The notes: generated from the letters alone by a model not told the origin. Positions 10,274-20,715 are shown, counted from the first letter of the stretch. The stretch: 64,000 nt of DNA from Candidatus Saccharimonadia bacterium (GCA_044449985.1 JBIOIQ010000001.1:280-64279); one strand, 5' to 3'. Program-made: numbers and translations.

Positions 10274-10747
10274 ATGAAGATCAACATTAGTTCAGGAGTC
10301 GGGACTGGCCCAACCAAATTATCGGCATTTGATGATGCTTTGATTAAGGCCGGAGTCGCCAATTATAATATTATCCGGCTGAGCTCAGTTATCCCACCGA
10401 ATACCAGCCTTCAAATAGTTGAACGGATAAGCCCAGACGGAAACTGGGGAGACCGCTTGTACGTGGTTATGGCTGATAAACGAGTTGATACTCCTAATGT
10501 GGAGGCTTGGGCAGGGATAGGTTGGGTCCAGGATGATAAAACGGGTAAAGGATTATTTGTTGAGCACGAAGGTAATAGCGAAGCAACCGTTAGACAGGAT
10601 ATCCAAGACAGCTTAAAAGCACTTATGAAAGGCAGGGATGTCGATTTTGGGCCGATATCCATGCACGTTACGGGTTCGATGTGTCACGGCGATCCGGTTT
10701 GCGCGCTAGTAGTCGCAGTTTACCAATCGAGCAGTTGGCAAAAATAG
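10274..10747 (+). CDS. pdaD: Pyruvoyl-dependent arginine decarboxylase (PdaD/AaxB family)
   Basis: 157 aa with the strong family signature LSAFDDALIKAGVANYNIIRLSSVIPP. The Ser-Ser self-cleavage site is the pyruvoyl precursor. Confidence 0.8.
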   Translation: MKINISSGVGTGPTKLSAFDDALIKAGVANYNIIRLSSVIPPNTSLQIVERISPDGNWGDRLYVVMADKRVDTPNVEAWAGIGWVQDDKTGKGLFVEHEGNSEATVRQDIQDSLKALMKGRDVDFGPISMHVTGSMCHGDPVCALVVAVYQSSSWQK

Positions 10748-10792
10748 TTATGATTTTTTGTTATGATAGCGTAATGACGCCACAACTTTGTA

Positions 10793-11956
10793 ATGCCCGA
10801 GGCTAATCGAAGACATTATTGGGGTAGGTTGCGCAGGCAACTATCTCACCCTTATCACACCTTAAACCTACTTGAGATATCAAAGCAGGCCATACTGGCA
10901 AACTACGACTTAATCGCCGACCATCACCCGGGAATGGCAGTGATGCCGGTTTTAAAAGCTAACGCTTACGGTCACGGTATTAACGAAATTGCCGAGATTC
11001 TGACTGAAAGACGGTTTCCCTTTCTAATTGTGGATGGGTATTTTGAAGCCTTAAAACTGCGCCAAGCCTATAAACAGCCGATTCTGATTATGGGCTATAT
11101 CGACCCGATAAATTTTAGTGCAATGAAGACCAACGGTTTTAGCTTTGTTATTCACGACCATATAAGTCTTGAGACACTCGGTAGAATGCGCCGCTCAGTC
11201 AATATTCATCTTGAAATAAATACCGGTATGAATCGAAACGGGATCGACCCTAGCGAACTTGATTCATTTTTAACCGAGCTGGGAAAATATCAGAATGTTC
11301 ATCTCGAGGGGGTAATGTCGCATCTGGCTGATGCTGACGGCGAAAGCGACGAAACCACCGATCGGCAAGTTGAATTATTTGACCAATGCGTTGATAAAAT
11401 ACTCGAGGCTAATTTTAATCCAAAGCTCGTTCATATCGCCCAAACTGCCGGAAGCGAAAGAAAACAATCAAAACATGCCAATGCAATTCGTCTTGGAATC
11501 GGGTTATACGGCATCAATCCCTTTAGTGACGGACCAAACCAAAAAAACTTATCGGCTTTAGAGCCCGCGCTTAAACTCACCAGTACGATTTCCAAGGTAA
11601 TCCCGATAAAAAAGGGCGATCGCGTCAGTTATAATGGTATCTTCACGGCGGAAAAACCAACCCGGATAGGTGTTTTGCCCTTAGGGTATTACGAGGGTAT
11701 ACCGAGAAGTTTAAGTAACGCGGGTGAGGTCAAATGGGAGAATAGTTTTATGCCTATTCGAGGACGAGTTTGTATGAACCACACTATGATCGATCTTGGA
11801 AATTCAGAAGCCCGCTACGGTGACCAAGTAACCGTTATCTCGAGCGACCCCAAGGATATAAATTCAGTGGCGGAACTATCACGTCGTCACAATCTATTTA
11901 GTTATGAGCTCCTAGTCGGGTTGTCCGAATCGATTCGCCGGGTCATTCGTGAATAA
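10793..11956 (+). CDS. alr: Alanine racemase (PLP-dependent)
   Basis: Has the PLP-lysine motif VLKANAYGHG and the C-terminal beta-domain. Confidence 0.85.
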   Translation: MPEANRRHYWGRLRRQLSHPYHTLNLLEISKQAILANYDLIADHHPGMAVMPVLKANAYGHGINEIAEILTERRFPFLIVDGYFEALKLRQAYKQPILIMGYIDPINFSAMKTNGFSFVIHDHISLETLGRMRRSVNIHLEINTGMNRNGIDPSELDSFLTELGKYQNVHLEGVMSHLADADGESDETTDRQVELFDQCVDKILEANFNPKLVHIAQTAGSERKQSKHANAIRLGIGLYGINPFSDGPNQKNLSALEPALKLTSTISKVIPIKKGDRVSYNGIFTAEKPTRIGVLPLGYYEGIPRSLSNAGEVKWENSFMPIRGRVCMNHTMIDLGNSEARYGDQVTVISSDPKDINSVAELSRRHNLFSYELLVGLSESIRRVIRE

Positions 11957-11971
11957 ACATTTTCAAATTTA

Positions 11972-12769
11972 TTACTGTTTGAGTGCAGCAATCAAAAGAT
12001 TATCAAACAGTGCCGCAACGGTCATCGGTCCGACTCCGCCCGGATTAGGTGTAATTTTGATTCCTTCCCGCCCGTAGAGGTAGTGATCAACATCGCCGAC
12101 TAAATTGCCGTCAATCTCAGCCGTCCCAGCATCAACTACAACACAACCTGGTGAGATCATTTCGGTGGTAATGAGATTAGGCTTTCCAACGGCACTGATT
12201 ACTATATCGCAGCTTTGTAATGTTTGGCTTAAATTTTTCGTGCTTATGTCGCAACGAATTACTTTTGCAGCCTTTGACGCTTCAAGCATATTGGATAACG
12301 GCAGCCCAACAAGTCTTCCTTGACCGACAACACCAACCGTTTTGTCTTTCCAGGAAATGCCATAAGAACTGAGGAGCCAGAATATGGCTTTCGGTGTAGC
12401 CGGCTCATATTCGCTATCCGGATGCAAGCCATCGACATCTTTCGACGGTGCAACACTTCTAATCACCTCATCAGTGTCGACTCCTGGGAAAGGAAGTTGC
12501 ACGATAATTCCCGTCACTGCCGAATCATGATTAAGTTTAGAAATTAATCGCTTCACAGAAGCGGAATCACCATCAATTTCATGCACATCGATTAAAGCAC
12601 CGATATCTTCCCCATAGCGAGATTTGGAGCTGCGCACATAGACGCGCGTGGCCGCATCGGCAGCAATACTCATAACAATTGCAAGTTTTGGAGGGCGAGG
12701 GAGCGCGCGAACCTGCTCAAGATGACGCTGCTTTATATAGCTCGCGAGTTCTTTTCCGCCGAGAAGCAT
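11972..12769 (-). CDS. folD: Bifunctional methylene-THF dehydrogenase / methenyl-THF cyclohydrolase
   Basis: 265 aa with FolD-family N-terminal and NAD-binding domain motifs (GKPNLIT, PGGVGPMTVA). Confidence 0.85.
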   Translation of the reverse strand: MLLGGKELASYIKQRHLEQVRALPRPPKLAIVMSIAADAATRVYVRSSKSRYGEDIGALIDVHEIDGDSASVKRLISKLNHDSAVTGIIVQLPFPGVDTDEVIRSVAPSKDVDGLHPDSEYEPATPKAIFWLLSSYGISWKDKTVGVVGQGRLVGLPLSNMLEASKAAKVIRCDISTKNLSQTLQSCDIVISAVGKPNLITTEMISPGCVVVDAGTAEIDGNLVGDVDHYLYGREGIKITPNPGGVGPMTVAALFDNLLIAALKQ

Positions 12770-13476
12770 TAAAAAACCTCCAGAACTGCGGCGCGGCCAT
12801 CACTGACGAATTTATCGCCGTAAGCATTGGTGCCTTCCCCAGGTGGCTGAAATTGAATGTACCCGCGTAGTTTAGCTCCGCCCATAACCATGTCTTTGAC
12901 GATCACCTTGCGTTCATCATCAATACGCTCGTCAATTTCATGAACGGGCGGTGATAAGGGTGAAGTTTGTTTAATGCCTTTGTCATAGCTGGCATGGGCA
13001 ATCCAAATAGTTTTACCAGAATTATCAGCTAGGTTTGTCGGCCAAAACCTGGCGTGGTGACGCTGCTCGAACTGATTGAGTGGGGTTGGTTTCTGATAAC
13101 TGAGTCGCTGCTGTTTATCACCAACAAATATAGGGGTAAATGGACCCGTCAGATACTGCGCATGAAAAACCAGCGCAAAAAAGGCTTTTACTAATACCCA
13201 TGGTGTAATTGGATCACCCTTATACCAGCCGGAGTCCTCAAGAACCCGAACTAGTTTTTCTTCATCTCCGACAATAATCAGATTCATCCATTCCATCGGT
13301 TTGCCACCCGCATAGTAACCCCACTTGGGGAGTTGCTCAACTACTCCGGAGCTAAGTCCTACTTTGCTTAAGTTACTCGCTGACGCACTGGTATAGGGCA
13401 GATCCCTTTTTTTGGCACGGCGATAGAGGGCATAAATGCCGATAGCGAGCGGAGCAAAGATAAATCGTTTTTTCAT
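12769..13476 (-). CDS. Membrane-anchored hypothetical protein (possible LssY_C-like domain)
   Basis: 235 aa with an N-terminal TM helix and HHARFW / HEIDERID-type motifs reminiscent of the LssY C-terminal domain. It overlaps def by 4 nt. Confidence 0.35.
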   Translation of the reverse strand: MKKRFIFAPLAIGIYALYRRAKKRDLPYTSASASNLSKVGLSSGVVEQLPKWGYYAGGKPMEWMNLIIVGDEEKLVRVLEDSGWYKGDPITPWVLVKAFFALVFHAQYLTGPFTPIFVGDKQQRLSYQKPTPLNQFEQRHHARFWPTNLADNSGKTIWIAHASYDKGIKQTSPLSPPVHEIDERIDDERKVIVKDMVMGGAKLRGYIQFQPPGEGTNAYGDKFVSDGRAAVLEVF

Positions 13477-14084
13477 ATTGGTTTTACCAATTCAGAGACA
13501 TCAATAGTATGTGGCCAAGAGGCCGCGGTTTTGTGATTATACTCCTTTATATCCTTTGTTTCTACATAGTGCGCTTTTTTCGGATCGCTTAAATGATCAA
13601 TAAACAAAATGCCATTTAAATGATCAATCTCGTGCTGAAGTAGTGCTGATGCCCAACCACGGGCTTCAATCGTGATGACGTTGCCGGACCGATCGAGCGC
13701 ACGCACCGTAACCGTTTGATGACGAGCTACCATCCCCCAAATTTTCGCAAAATTGACACAACCTTCCCGTCTTGTAACCAGCCCTTTACTGGCTTTAATT
13801 ATTTCCGGATTTATAAGAACATGAATATCATGAAATTTCTTACTCCCAATTGCGAGATCTACCACACTGAGCCTGCGCATAAATCCAACTTGGGGGCCAG
13901 ATAATCCAACGGTCATAGGACGAGTCGATGAGCGTTCGTCACCTTTATTATTATGACCATAAACATAACTTAAAAGTCGCTCGATACTAGCCTGCATCTC
14001 AAGGGTATGCAGTTCTTTTCGAGTAATTGGTTCGGCAATATGCCGGAGCAAGTGATCATTTGATGATAAGGCTTCGAGTTCCAC
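13473..14084 (-). CDS. def: Peptide deformylase
   Basis: All three metal-binding motifs are present: GLSGPQVG, GCVNF (EGCLS-like) and HEIDHLNG. Confidence 0.85.
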   Translation of the reverse strand: MELEALSSNDHLLRHIAEPITRKELHTLEMQASIERLLSYVYGHNNKGDERSSTRPMTVGLSGPQVGFMRRLSVVDLAIGSKKFHDIHVLINPEIIKASKGLVTRREGCVNFAKIWGMVARHQTVTVRALDRSGNVITIEARGWASALLQHEIDHLNGILFIDHLSDPKKAHYVETKDIKEYNHKTAASWPHTIDVSELVKPI

Positions 14085-14200
14085 GAGCGTAAGTATACCA
14101 AAAATGGGTCATCCTTTTAGCACACTAATAAACTAGCTTTTGTAACAGCGAAAGCTCGCCTACCTTTGCAGAGACCAAGTTAACCGATTACGATAAGACA

Positions 14201-14923
14201 ATGAAGCGCTCACTACCTAGTTCAAATGAACCACCATACAGTGGTTTTGCGCAGTATTATGACGAGGCAATGGGTGATCAATCGGCAAAGATTACTCTCC
14301 TTAAAGGTTTGGTCGCAGAATACGCACCAACGGCACGCAAGATCCTTGAGCTGGCTTGCGGAACTGGCACGATTCTAGAAGGTTTTTCCAATAATTTTTT
14401 ATTGACGGGTATCGATTTGTCCCCTGAAATGCTTAGCATTGCGCGCACCAAAGCACCATCCGCAAAACTACTTAAAGGAGATATGCGTAATTTTACATTG
14501 GACGAGCAATATGACGTTGTATTATGTATTTTTAACTCAATTAATCACTTGACCAATTTTAGTGATTGGTTAGTTGTGTTCAGGCGAGCGTGGGAACACT
14601 TACTGCCTGACGGAATATTTATTTTTGATGTAAATACTTTAGAGCGGCTGAAGAAAATCTCTCAACTTAGCACGTCATACGACGAGCTAAGTCATGGGGA
14701 GCTTTGGATCGAGCTTTGTCAAATCAAGAAGCAATTCCGTTGGATAATCCACATGAGACCCAAAGATAGCGACCATGAATATATCGAGACATTCGACGAA
14801 ATAGCCGTACCGACCGAAATAATTTCAACCAACCTTGAAAGGGATTTCAAATTGCTCGAAGTTATTACGAAAACTGGTTATGAGGGCGAGGCTATTCTTT
14901 ACTTTGTCGCCCAAAAGATATAA
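14201..14923 (+). CDS. Class I SAM-dependent methyltransferase
   Basis: Carries SAM-binding motif I, ILELACGTGTILEG. Confidence 0.75.
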   Translation: MKRSLPSSNEPPYSGFAQYYDEAMGDQSAKITLLKGLVAEYAPTARKILELACGTGTILEGFSNNFLLTGIDLSPEMLSIARTKAPSAKLLKGDMRNFTLDEQYDVVLCIFNSINHLTNFSDWLVVFRRAWEHLLPDGIFIFDVNTLERLKKISQLSTSYDELSHGELWIELCQIKKQFRWIIHMRPKDSDHEYIETFDEIAVPTEIISTNLERDFKLLEVITKTGYEGEAILYFVAQKI

Positions 14924-15190
14924 CTGGGCGAGGTGCTAATGCGTTTTCCAGCCTTGCCAGATATAACTCGCTACCAATTCGAATTCCAAATCCCGGAAGT
15001 TGGGCGTAAAATTTGCAGGTTTTCGAAAATGGTTTGCCCTCGCGAAGGAGCGCTTAAATGACCCGGGAAGACGAACATTTTTTGAAATATTCATAAGAAT
15101 TTTCCACCTCACTATGACGGTATTAAGCCATAATACGGGGGCTCCGAGCCGTGATTATCGTCACATTTAAGAGTATCATCAGTTTAGATT

Positions 15191-15862
15191 ATGCAAGCTA
15201 ACACTTTATCTGAATTATTTTCATCCGGGCATAAAAAGACTTTTAGTAAAAATGAAATAATATTACGTGCCGGTGAAGTTCCCGAAGGAGTTTATCAAAT
15301 TGTATCGGGTATGGTGAAAGTTTACTCAATAACTGACGAGGGTGAAGAAAATATCCACATCATCTATAAGCCACTTGAGGTCTTTCCTTTTATATGGGCT
15401 TTCAAAGGAGTTGTTCGCGATATTTTTTATGAGGCGATGGAGTCAGTTACCGTTCAAATAATCTCACGTACTAAATTTTTAGATTCGGCAAAACACGATC
15501 CGAATTTTTCATTTCAAATTGCCGAGCAAATTGCGGAACAATTTTTTATCTACGCTGATCGACTGGATAATCTCGAATACACTACTGCCTACGCGCGAAT
15601 CGTCTATCGGATTTTATTTCTGGCCCACCGCTTCGGTCATCAATCGGGCAAAAAGATCATAATTCATGCGCCGATTACGCACCATGCTATTGCCAGTTCG
15701 GTCAATGTTGCTCGGGAAACAGCCAGTCGAGAAATTGAACTCCTTGTTAAAAAAGGTTTAATAACGCAAACCAATAAAGAAATAACAATTCCAGATATTG
15801 AAAAACTGGCTGCGGAAATTGGTTCCAATGTAAATTTAGAAACTTGGAACATGGGCAACTAG
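15191..15862 (+). CDS. Crp/Fnr-family transcriptional regulator (cNMP-binding + HTH)
   Basis: 223 aa with an N-terminal beta-roll and a C-terminal HTH (ETASREIELLVKKGLI). Confidence 0.8.
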   Translation: MQANTLSELFSSGHKKTFSKNEIILRAGEVPEGVYQIVSGMVKVYSITDEGEENIHIIYKPLEVFPFIWAFKGVVRDIFYEAMESVTVQIISRTKFLDSAKHDPNFSFQIAEQIAEQFFIYADRLDNLEYTTAYARIVYRILFLAHRFGHQSGKKIIIHAPITHHAIASSVNVARETASREIELLVKKGLITQTNKEITIPDIEKLAAEIGSNVNLETWNMGN

Positions 15863-16236
15863 TAACGAGCCACTACGGCGGGAGTGGACAGGGGCGAAGA
15901 GTAAGACTCGCTGGTTTCCCAAATTCTCACCCTTTTTTTAACTTCTGTCGGTAGGCCACTTGGCAAAATATAACATTGCCATTTCTTCGATCTTCCCAAG
16001 ATCTCCAGATGATAGATTAGCTTTCCGCTACCTGCAACTTTCGTTCGATACATTCGAAACTTTCCCCTATCTAGCTCGAGTAATGGATGATGCAAAGATC
16101 TACTAAGCTCAAGGATTTGTCCTATTTTCGCTAAATTGAGCCATACGTAGCTTACCTCTTCAAGACAAAGCAGCCTCGTCCCCCCGACGCTTTCGAACAT
16201 ATGAAACTGACCGGTCTTAACTATCTGTATCATCAC
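15859..16236 (-). CDS. Hypothetical protein
   Basis: 125-aa ORF overlapping the upstream ORF by 20 nt. It has no recognisable motif. Confidence 0.3.
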   Translation of the reverse strand: MMIQIVKTGQFHMFESVGGTRLLCLEEVSYVWLNLAKIGQILELSRSLHHPLLELDRGKFRMYRTKVAGSGKLIYHLEILGRSKKWQCYILPSGLPTEVKKRVRIWETSESYSSPLSTPAVVARY

Positions 16237-16528
16237 CTGCTTGCTCGAGTAGTTTTATTAGTACACCTTGTTCAGCTAGAAATGGATCGTTAGAAACATA
16301 CGATACTCTGGCATGTTCTAAGCCGTCTTCGTCGTAGACGATAGCTTCGGACATCACTAATTCATCTTCATCCGGAATGTTGACGAAATTCAGGCTTATT
16401 TGATATCCCGGTCGGGCACGCAAGTATGCATTATCGACCCGGTCGAGAAGTTCCCCATGCTCACGTCCAAATCGTGAACTAACAGAAACTGCCCTGGTAA
16501 GTGGTTTAGATTTGTAGATTGTAGTCAT
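16217..16528 (-). CDS. Hypothetical acidic protein
   Basis: 103-aa ORF forming a pair with the downstream 125-aa ORF. The two may be one frameshifted gene or a two-gene module. Confidence 0.3.
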   Translation of the reverse strand: MTTIYKSKPLTRAVSVSSRFGREHGELLDRVDNAYLRARPGYQISLNFVNIPDEDELVMSEAIVYDEDGLEHARVSYVSNDPFLAEQGVLIKLLEQAGDDTDS

Positions 16529-16579
16529 ATCCCCCTCCTGCTTACAAGATTAAGCCAATCAGGAAATATTGTCGGTGAG

Positions 16580-17002
16580 CTAGCTCACCTTTTTTGAGCT
16601 ATCCGCAATTAGTCCCCATAAATAACTACCCAAGGCTATTAAGAATGCTGTTGCCATAACGTAGGAATAAACCGGTGACTGTTGATCAATAAAAGCTGCT
16701 CCGCCAAAACCTGCGAATAATATTGCACAAAAACCAACGAGAGCTGGTATTTTCCAGGTCACAGAATTGTTTTTATAAGCTTGTGATAAAAGTATTAGAG
16801 AACTAATGAGTAGTCCAAAAGCGAGTAAGATGTGCAGGGCGATCGGTATCTGATGCCAAGCATATTCCCATAGCTTGCCGGAGACCTTGGTTTTAGGAAA
16901 AGTTACATAAATATTTGCCCACATACCTAGTAAATATTGGACACCCAACATGATAAGTATCCCAATGGCACGTTTTGAGAGTCTCGAAAATTGTTTCATC
17001 AA
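16580..17002 (-). CDS. Small integral membrane protein (4 TM)
   Basis: 140 aa with four hydrophobic helices. Confidence 0.45.
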   Translation of the reverse strand: MMKQFSRLSKRAIGILIMLGVQYLLGMWANIYVTFPKTKVSGKLWEYAWHQIPIALHILLAFGLLISSLILLSQAYKNNSVTWKIPALVGFCAILFAGFGGAAFIDQQSPVYSYVMATAFLIALGSYLWGLIADSSKKVS

Positions 17003-17127
17003 TAATTATACTAATCCTGGTTGAATGTTAATGACAAGCAACAAGCGTTATTGGCACAGCGATACTGAATATTTCGCAAATTAGCTAGCCAGATTAAAAC
17101 TCATGAACCCAAATTTTCGATATTCTA

Positions 17128-17337
17128 TTAAATAACGTTACGGTTTTTATGTATCAAATACATTTTGATCGTCCCCGAAAGCCAACCGACGAAGTACCCG
17201 TAAAATATCAGCGAAACGTCTTTTAACTGGACTTTTGTATCTAGCTTCCAGACCAACAAAAACACAATTATCCAGGCGAGAAATAATCCTAAACTATACT
17301 GCCACCAAGCTTTAGTCCAAGTTTTCATCTTCATCAT
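17128..17337 (-). CDS. Small membrane protein (2 TM), hypothetical
   Basis: 69-aa ORF with hydrophobic helices. Weak support. Confidence 0.3.
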   Translation of the reverse strand: MMKMKTWTKAWWQYSLGLFLAWIIVFLLVWKLDTKVQLKDVSLIFYGYFVGWLSGTIKMYLIHKNRNVI

Positions 17338-17407
17338 TATACAACTGAATCTTCCGGACAGAAGGATATCCCCTTAGTACAGAATATTTTCGCCGTGGTT
17401 CTAGTAA

Positions 17408-17749
17408 CTAAGATTTATAAATGTCTTCTAGTCTGACTTGAAGCAAGTTACGAATCAGCTCATCTGGAATAAGGTTATCTAAGCTGTACCTAATAGTCCC
17501 TCGAGACAGCTTATATCCGGTTAATTTATCTTTTAACACTGCAATTGGTCTCGAAGTAGGAAAAAGACTTAAATGATTCGGAAAAGCAGCGAAGTAAACA
17601 AGCGGCTTATTTTGAACGAAAAAAGTTGGTAGTTTATAGCTAATTCGTTCGGTAGCTTCGGGCGCGAGCTCTTTTACAATCGCTCGAATTCTTTCAAATT
17701 CAATCAATTCTTCAGGCTTCAGATTAGATAAATAGTCTTCAATACTCAT
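17408..17749 (-). CDS. DUF1801 (YdhG-like) domain protein
   Basis: 113 aa showing the characteristic YKLPTF...PL.YFAAF.NHLSL.P pattern. It lies 2 nt downstream of the kinase gene. Confidence 0.55.
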   Translation of the reverse strand: MSIEDYLSNLKPEELIEFERIRAIVKELAPEATERISYKLPTFFVQNKPLVYFAAFPNHLSLFPTSRPIAVLKDKLTGYKLSRGTIRYSLDNLIPDELIRNLLQVRLEDIYKS

Positions 17750-17751
17750 AT

Positions 17752-18648
17752 TTATAAAAGCTTAGATCGCTCGAATGTCTCCGAAGCTTTGGCAAATGTT
17801 GTTTTGTGACTTATAAAGAAATCGATCATCATAAAAACTCCTACCCACTTTTGATATATTATCGCACGGTTTAGAAAAGTGTCATCTTTTGGGGCTTCGT
17901 AATATTGGTACACGAGCCGGACGAATTCCTCACCATATTCATACAACTCCGCGAAATCGTACGCCGGATCACCAATGTTCATATCGCTAAAATCTATAAT
18001 ACCTAAATTCATCTGGCCGGCGTCCCAAAGTAAATGAGTGCTATAAATATCACCGTGCAAAAGTACGGCCGGCAGGTTATTTAACACCAATCCTTCAACG
18101 TCGGTAAGAATCATCTCGACCAATTGAAAATCTCTATGAGATAGGGACGGTTTTAAGTATTTCTCCACTTGGATTCTATCTTCTGATCGAGTTTCTAACA
18201 GATCAGATAGAGGAACTTCTTGAAAATTATAGCCCTTCGAAATACAGGTATGTAAAAGTGTTAGAAAGCTGGCAATTTTCCGTGCGATTTCATTAACTTC
18301 TTTACGACTCAGCCGATCGAAGATGTCTTTAGTTAATGTCGTTCCACTTATATAATTATAGCCCGCAAATTTTTTATCTTCCGAAATATAGCTATATTTA
18401 GGAATGGTGACTGAGTCCACGAGTGGCGCGAGCTTTTCGAGCACGGCAATTTCAACGGTAAGCTGTTCTAGGTAATCCGGATCATTCGGAAATCGAAAGA
18501 CAATTTGATTATCCAAAATAATGACTTCATGATCCCACCCTTCATCAACATATTGGTAATTTGACCAATTTAATTTCGGGAAATTATGCCGAATTTTGTT
18601 AAGCAATACTGTCGGGTTGGATGAGTTATGTTTACTCGACTGGGTCAT
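17752..18648 (-). CDS. Aminoglycoside/choline phosphotransferase (APH)-family kinase
   Basis: Has a Brenner motif (HGDIYSTHLLWD) and IDFSDMNIGDPAYDFAEL. Confidence 0.75.
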   Translation of the reverse strand: MTQSSKHNSSNPTVLLNKIRHNFPKLNWSNYQYVDEGWDHEVIILDNQIVFRFPNDPDYLEQLTVEIAVLEKLAPLVDSVTIPKYSYISEDKKFAGYNYISGTTLTKDIFDRLSRKEVNEIARKIASFLTLLHTCISKGYNFQEVPLSDLLETRSEDRIQVEKYLKPSLSHRDFQLVEMILTDVEGLVLNNLPAVLLHGDIYSTHLLWDAGQMNLGIIDFSDMNIGDPAYDFAELYEYGEEFVRLVYQYYEAPKDDTFLNRAIIYQKWVGVFMMIDFFISHKTTFAKASETFERSKLL

Positions 18649-18803
18649 AATGTTATTTTAACAACTTAAACCGGAATACGTTTTCTTAATAAGAATATGG
18701 AGGTCCTTAGTGTAGACTATTGTGAATAGATTGCAGGCATATACAGCAAGGTATGTCGTTAGTTTTGGGTAGTGTTATCTTAATACTCCACTTATTCAAA
18801 TCT

Positions 18804-19265
18804 TTATTCTTCTAACTCGATTAGGTGTTGATGCTGCCATTCTCGTTCTTTTGCTACAGCTGCATCAACTTCTGTCGGAGGGCTAGCTCTATGGATAGCT
18901 TGCAGAGCGTAGATTGCGGCACCTACAGAGTGTGTGGGAACATGTGCAGTCGCCACTGCCTGGCCAGCGGAGCGCGCTGATGAGCGTGCGGGGCTATCCT
19001 TGCCCACTTCACGAGCAGCAGTGTGAGCTGCAAGAGATGCCTTCCGTATCAAAGACATTTTGAATACTCCTGTGTCAATCCATGCCTGGAGTGTTTCAAT
19101 GGCTTGTCTGGGTCTATGGTCATTTGGAAATTTGTCCTCAAAATATGGCATGACGCGTTCCGTGCAGTCAATTGCCCAAATAGCCAATGTTTTATGGCCA
19201 ACTTCTTTAATATCTTCTAGAAATTCACCTTTGTAATGAGTTAGCGAGAACTTAGATTTTTCCAT
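18804..19265 (-). CDS. Hypothetical alpha-helical protein (immunity-protein-like)
   Basis: 153-aa ORF, helical and Ala-rich. No confident family assignment. Confidence 0.4.
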   Translation of the reverse strand: MEKSKFSLTHYKGEFLEDIKEVGHKTLAIWAIDCTERVMPYFEDKFPNDHRPRQAIETLQAWIDTGVFKMSLIRKASLAAHTAAREVGKDSPARSSARSAGQAVATAHVPTHSVGAAIYALQAIHRASPPTEVDAAVAKEREWQHQHLIELEE

Positions 19266-19413
19266 TATTTACATGGTAACAAAAAGAACCGTTCATACGG
19301 CTATTTGGTTACAATAGTTTTCAATTAAGTTCTGAACAGGGAAATCTTGGAGGGCCATTGTGCATGCTGTAGCAACTAAAATTAATACTATTCAACCTCA
19401 ACACATAGCGGAC

Positions 19414-20715
19414 TTAGACATGTTGTAATGCTGGTCTCAACTGTTTTCTAAAACCTAGCAGTAGTATTACGGCCACCAGAGATACTACAGTACTAAAGAA
19501 GAACGGTGCACTAGGACCAATGTGATCCCAAAGCAACCCAGCAATAAGACTAGCGGGCAGAGCTGCTAGACCGATTATCATATTGTATAGACCGTAAGCC
19601 CTGCCTCTTGCTTCTTGTCCAACTACATCAGCTATCAAAGCTCTGCCTACGCCCTCGTTTGCGGCATAGAAGACGCCATAGAGTGCAAACAAAGGCCAGA
19701 CCTGCCAAGCACTGTGTGCGACAGCAAATCCAAAATAGCTCAGTGCATATACAGCCCAGCCTAAGGTGATTATAGGTATGCGGCCAATCTTGTCGGAAAT
19801 AATACCTGCATGTAACGACAGTGAGCCATAAACTATGTTTAGTACCGCATACGCAAGTGGGATAGCCACAATGCTAAGTCCAAGATTTTGCGAACGGAGT
19901 ATCAAAAAAGCGTCTGACGAGTTAGCGATTGCAAAAATACCTGCAATAGCTGTAAATAAATAAAACGACTTGGCTAGCGTTGCTTTGGCGTTAAAAGTTT
20001 CTGTCTTTAGGTCTCTAGTCTCTTTGACGCCAAACTTCACGATGGCGATGGTAATAAGCAACACCGAAGCCGATAAAATCATTAGCCAGCGGTAGTAGTG
20101 GCTCGGTGCAATGTTATGCCGAGTGAATATGACTATCAAACCGCTTAAGATCAATGGCCCAAGTGCCGACCCAAAGGTGTCCAGCATACGGGCAATACCA
20201 AAACTACGACCTCTGGTTGCCTTATCAGCTGCATTCGCGACCAACACATCCTTTGGTGGGTCTTTAATACCTTTACCGACACCATCCGCAAAGCGTAGAC
20301 CAAATACTGCCAAAGGTACGCTTACGAAAGCTAGTATTCCTCGACCTACCATTGAAAGTGCGTAACCAGCTATTACAATCGGTTTTTGTTTCTTATACTT
20401 ATCCGATAATCGCCCTGCAATAATTTTAAAAACACTAGAAGCCGCCGATACAAGACCCTCTGCTATACCAACCATTGCTCTATCAAAACCAAGTATTTGT
20501 GTCAGGTAAAGTGGCAGAATAGGAATAAAAATATCTTGGCTAATACCACCGAAAAAACTGGCAAACCCAACTGATAAGATGTTACGATGCCCGTTTTTCT
20601 TCTTGGATATTTCACTCACACACTCATAATAACAAAAACAGAGGTAAGCTACCCCTGTTTTAAGCATAAGCGAGACTGGAGGCGCATAGTTCGCACTGTT
20701 AGAACCAATTTGCAA
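19414..20715 (-). CDS. MFS transporter
   Basis: About 12 TM helices and a G.L.DK.GR.P motif between TM2 and TM3. Confidence 0.8.
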   Translation of the reverse strand: MQIGSNSANYAPPVSLMLKTGVAYLCFCYYECVSEISKKKNGHRNILSVGFASFFGGISQDIFIPILPLYLTQILGFDRAMVGIAEGLVSAASSVFKIIAGRLSDKYKKQKPIVIAGYALSMVGRGILAFVSVPLAVFGLRFADGVGKGIKDPPKDVLVANAADKATRGRSFGIARMLDTFGSALGPLILSGLIVIFTRHNIAPSHYYRWLMILSASVLLITIAIVKFGVKETRDLKTETFNAKATLAKSFYLFTAIAGIFAIANSSDAFLILRSQNLGLSIVAIPLAYAVLNIVYGSLSLHAGIISDKIGRIPIITLGWAVYALSYFGFAVAHSAWQVWPLFALYGVFYAANEGVGRALIADVVGQEARGRAYGLYNMIIGLAALPASLIAGLLWDHIGPSAPFFFSTVVSLVAVILLLGFRKQLRPALQHV

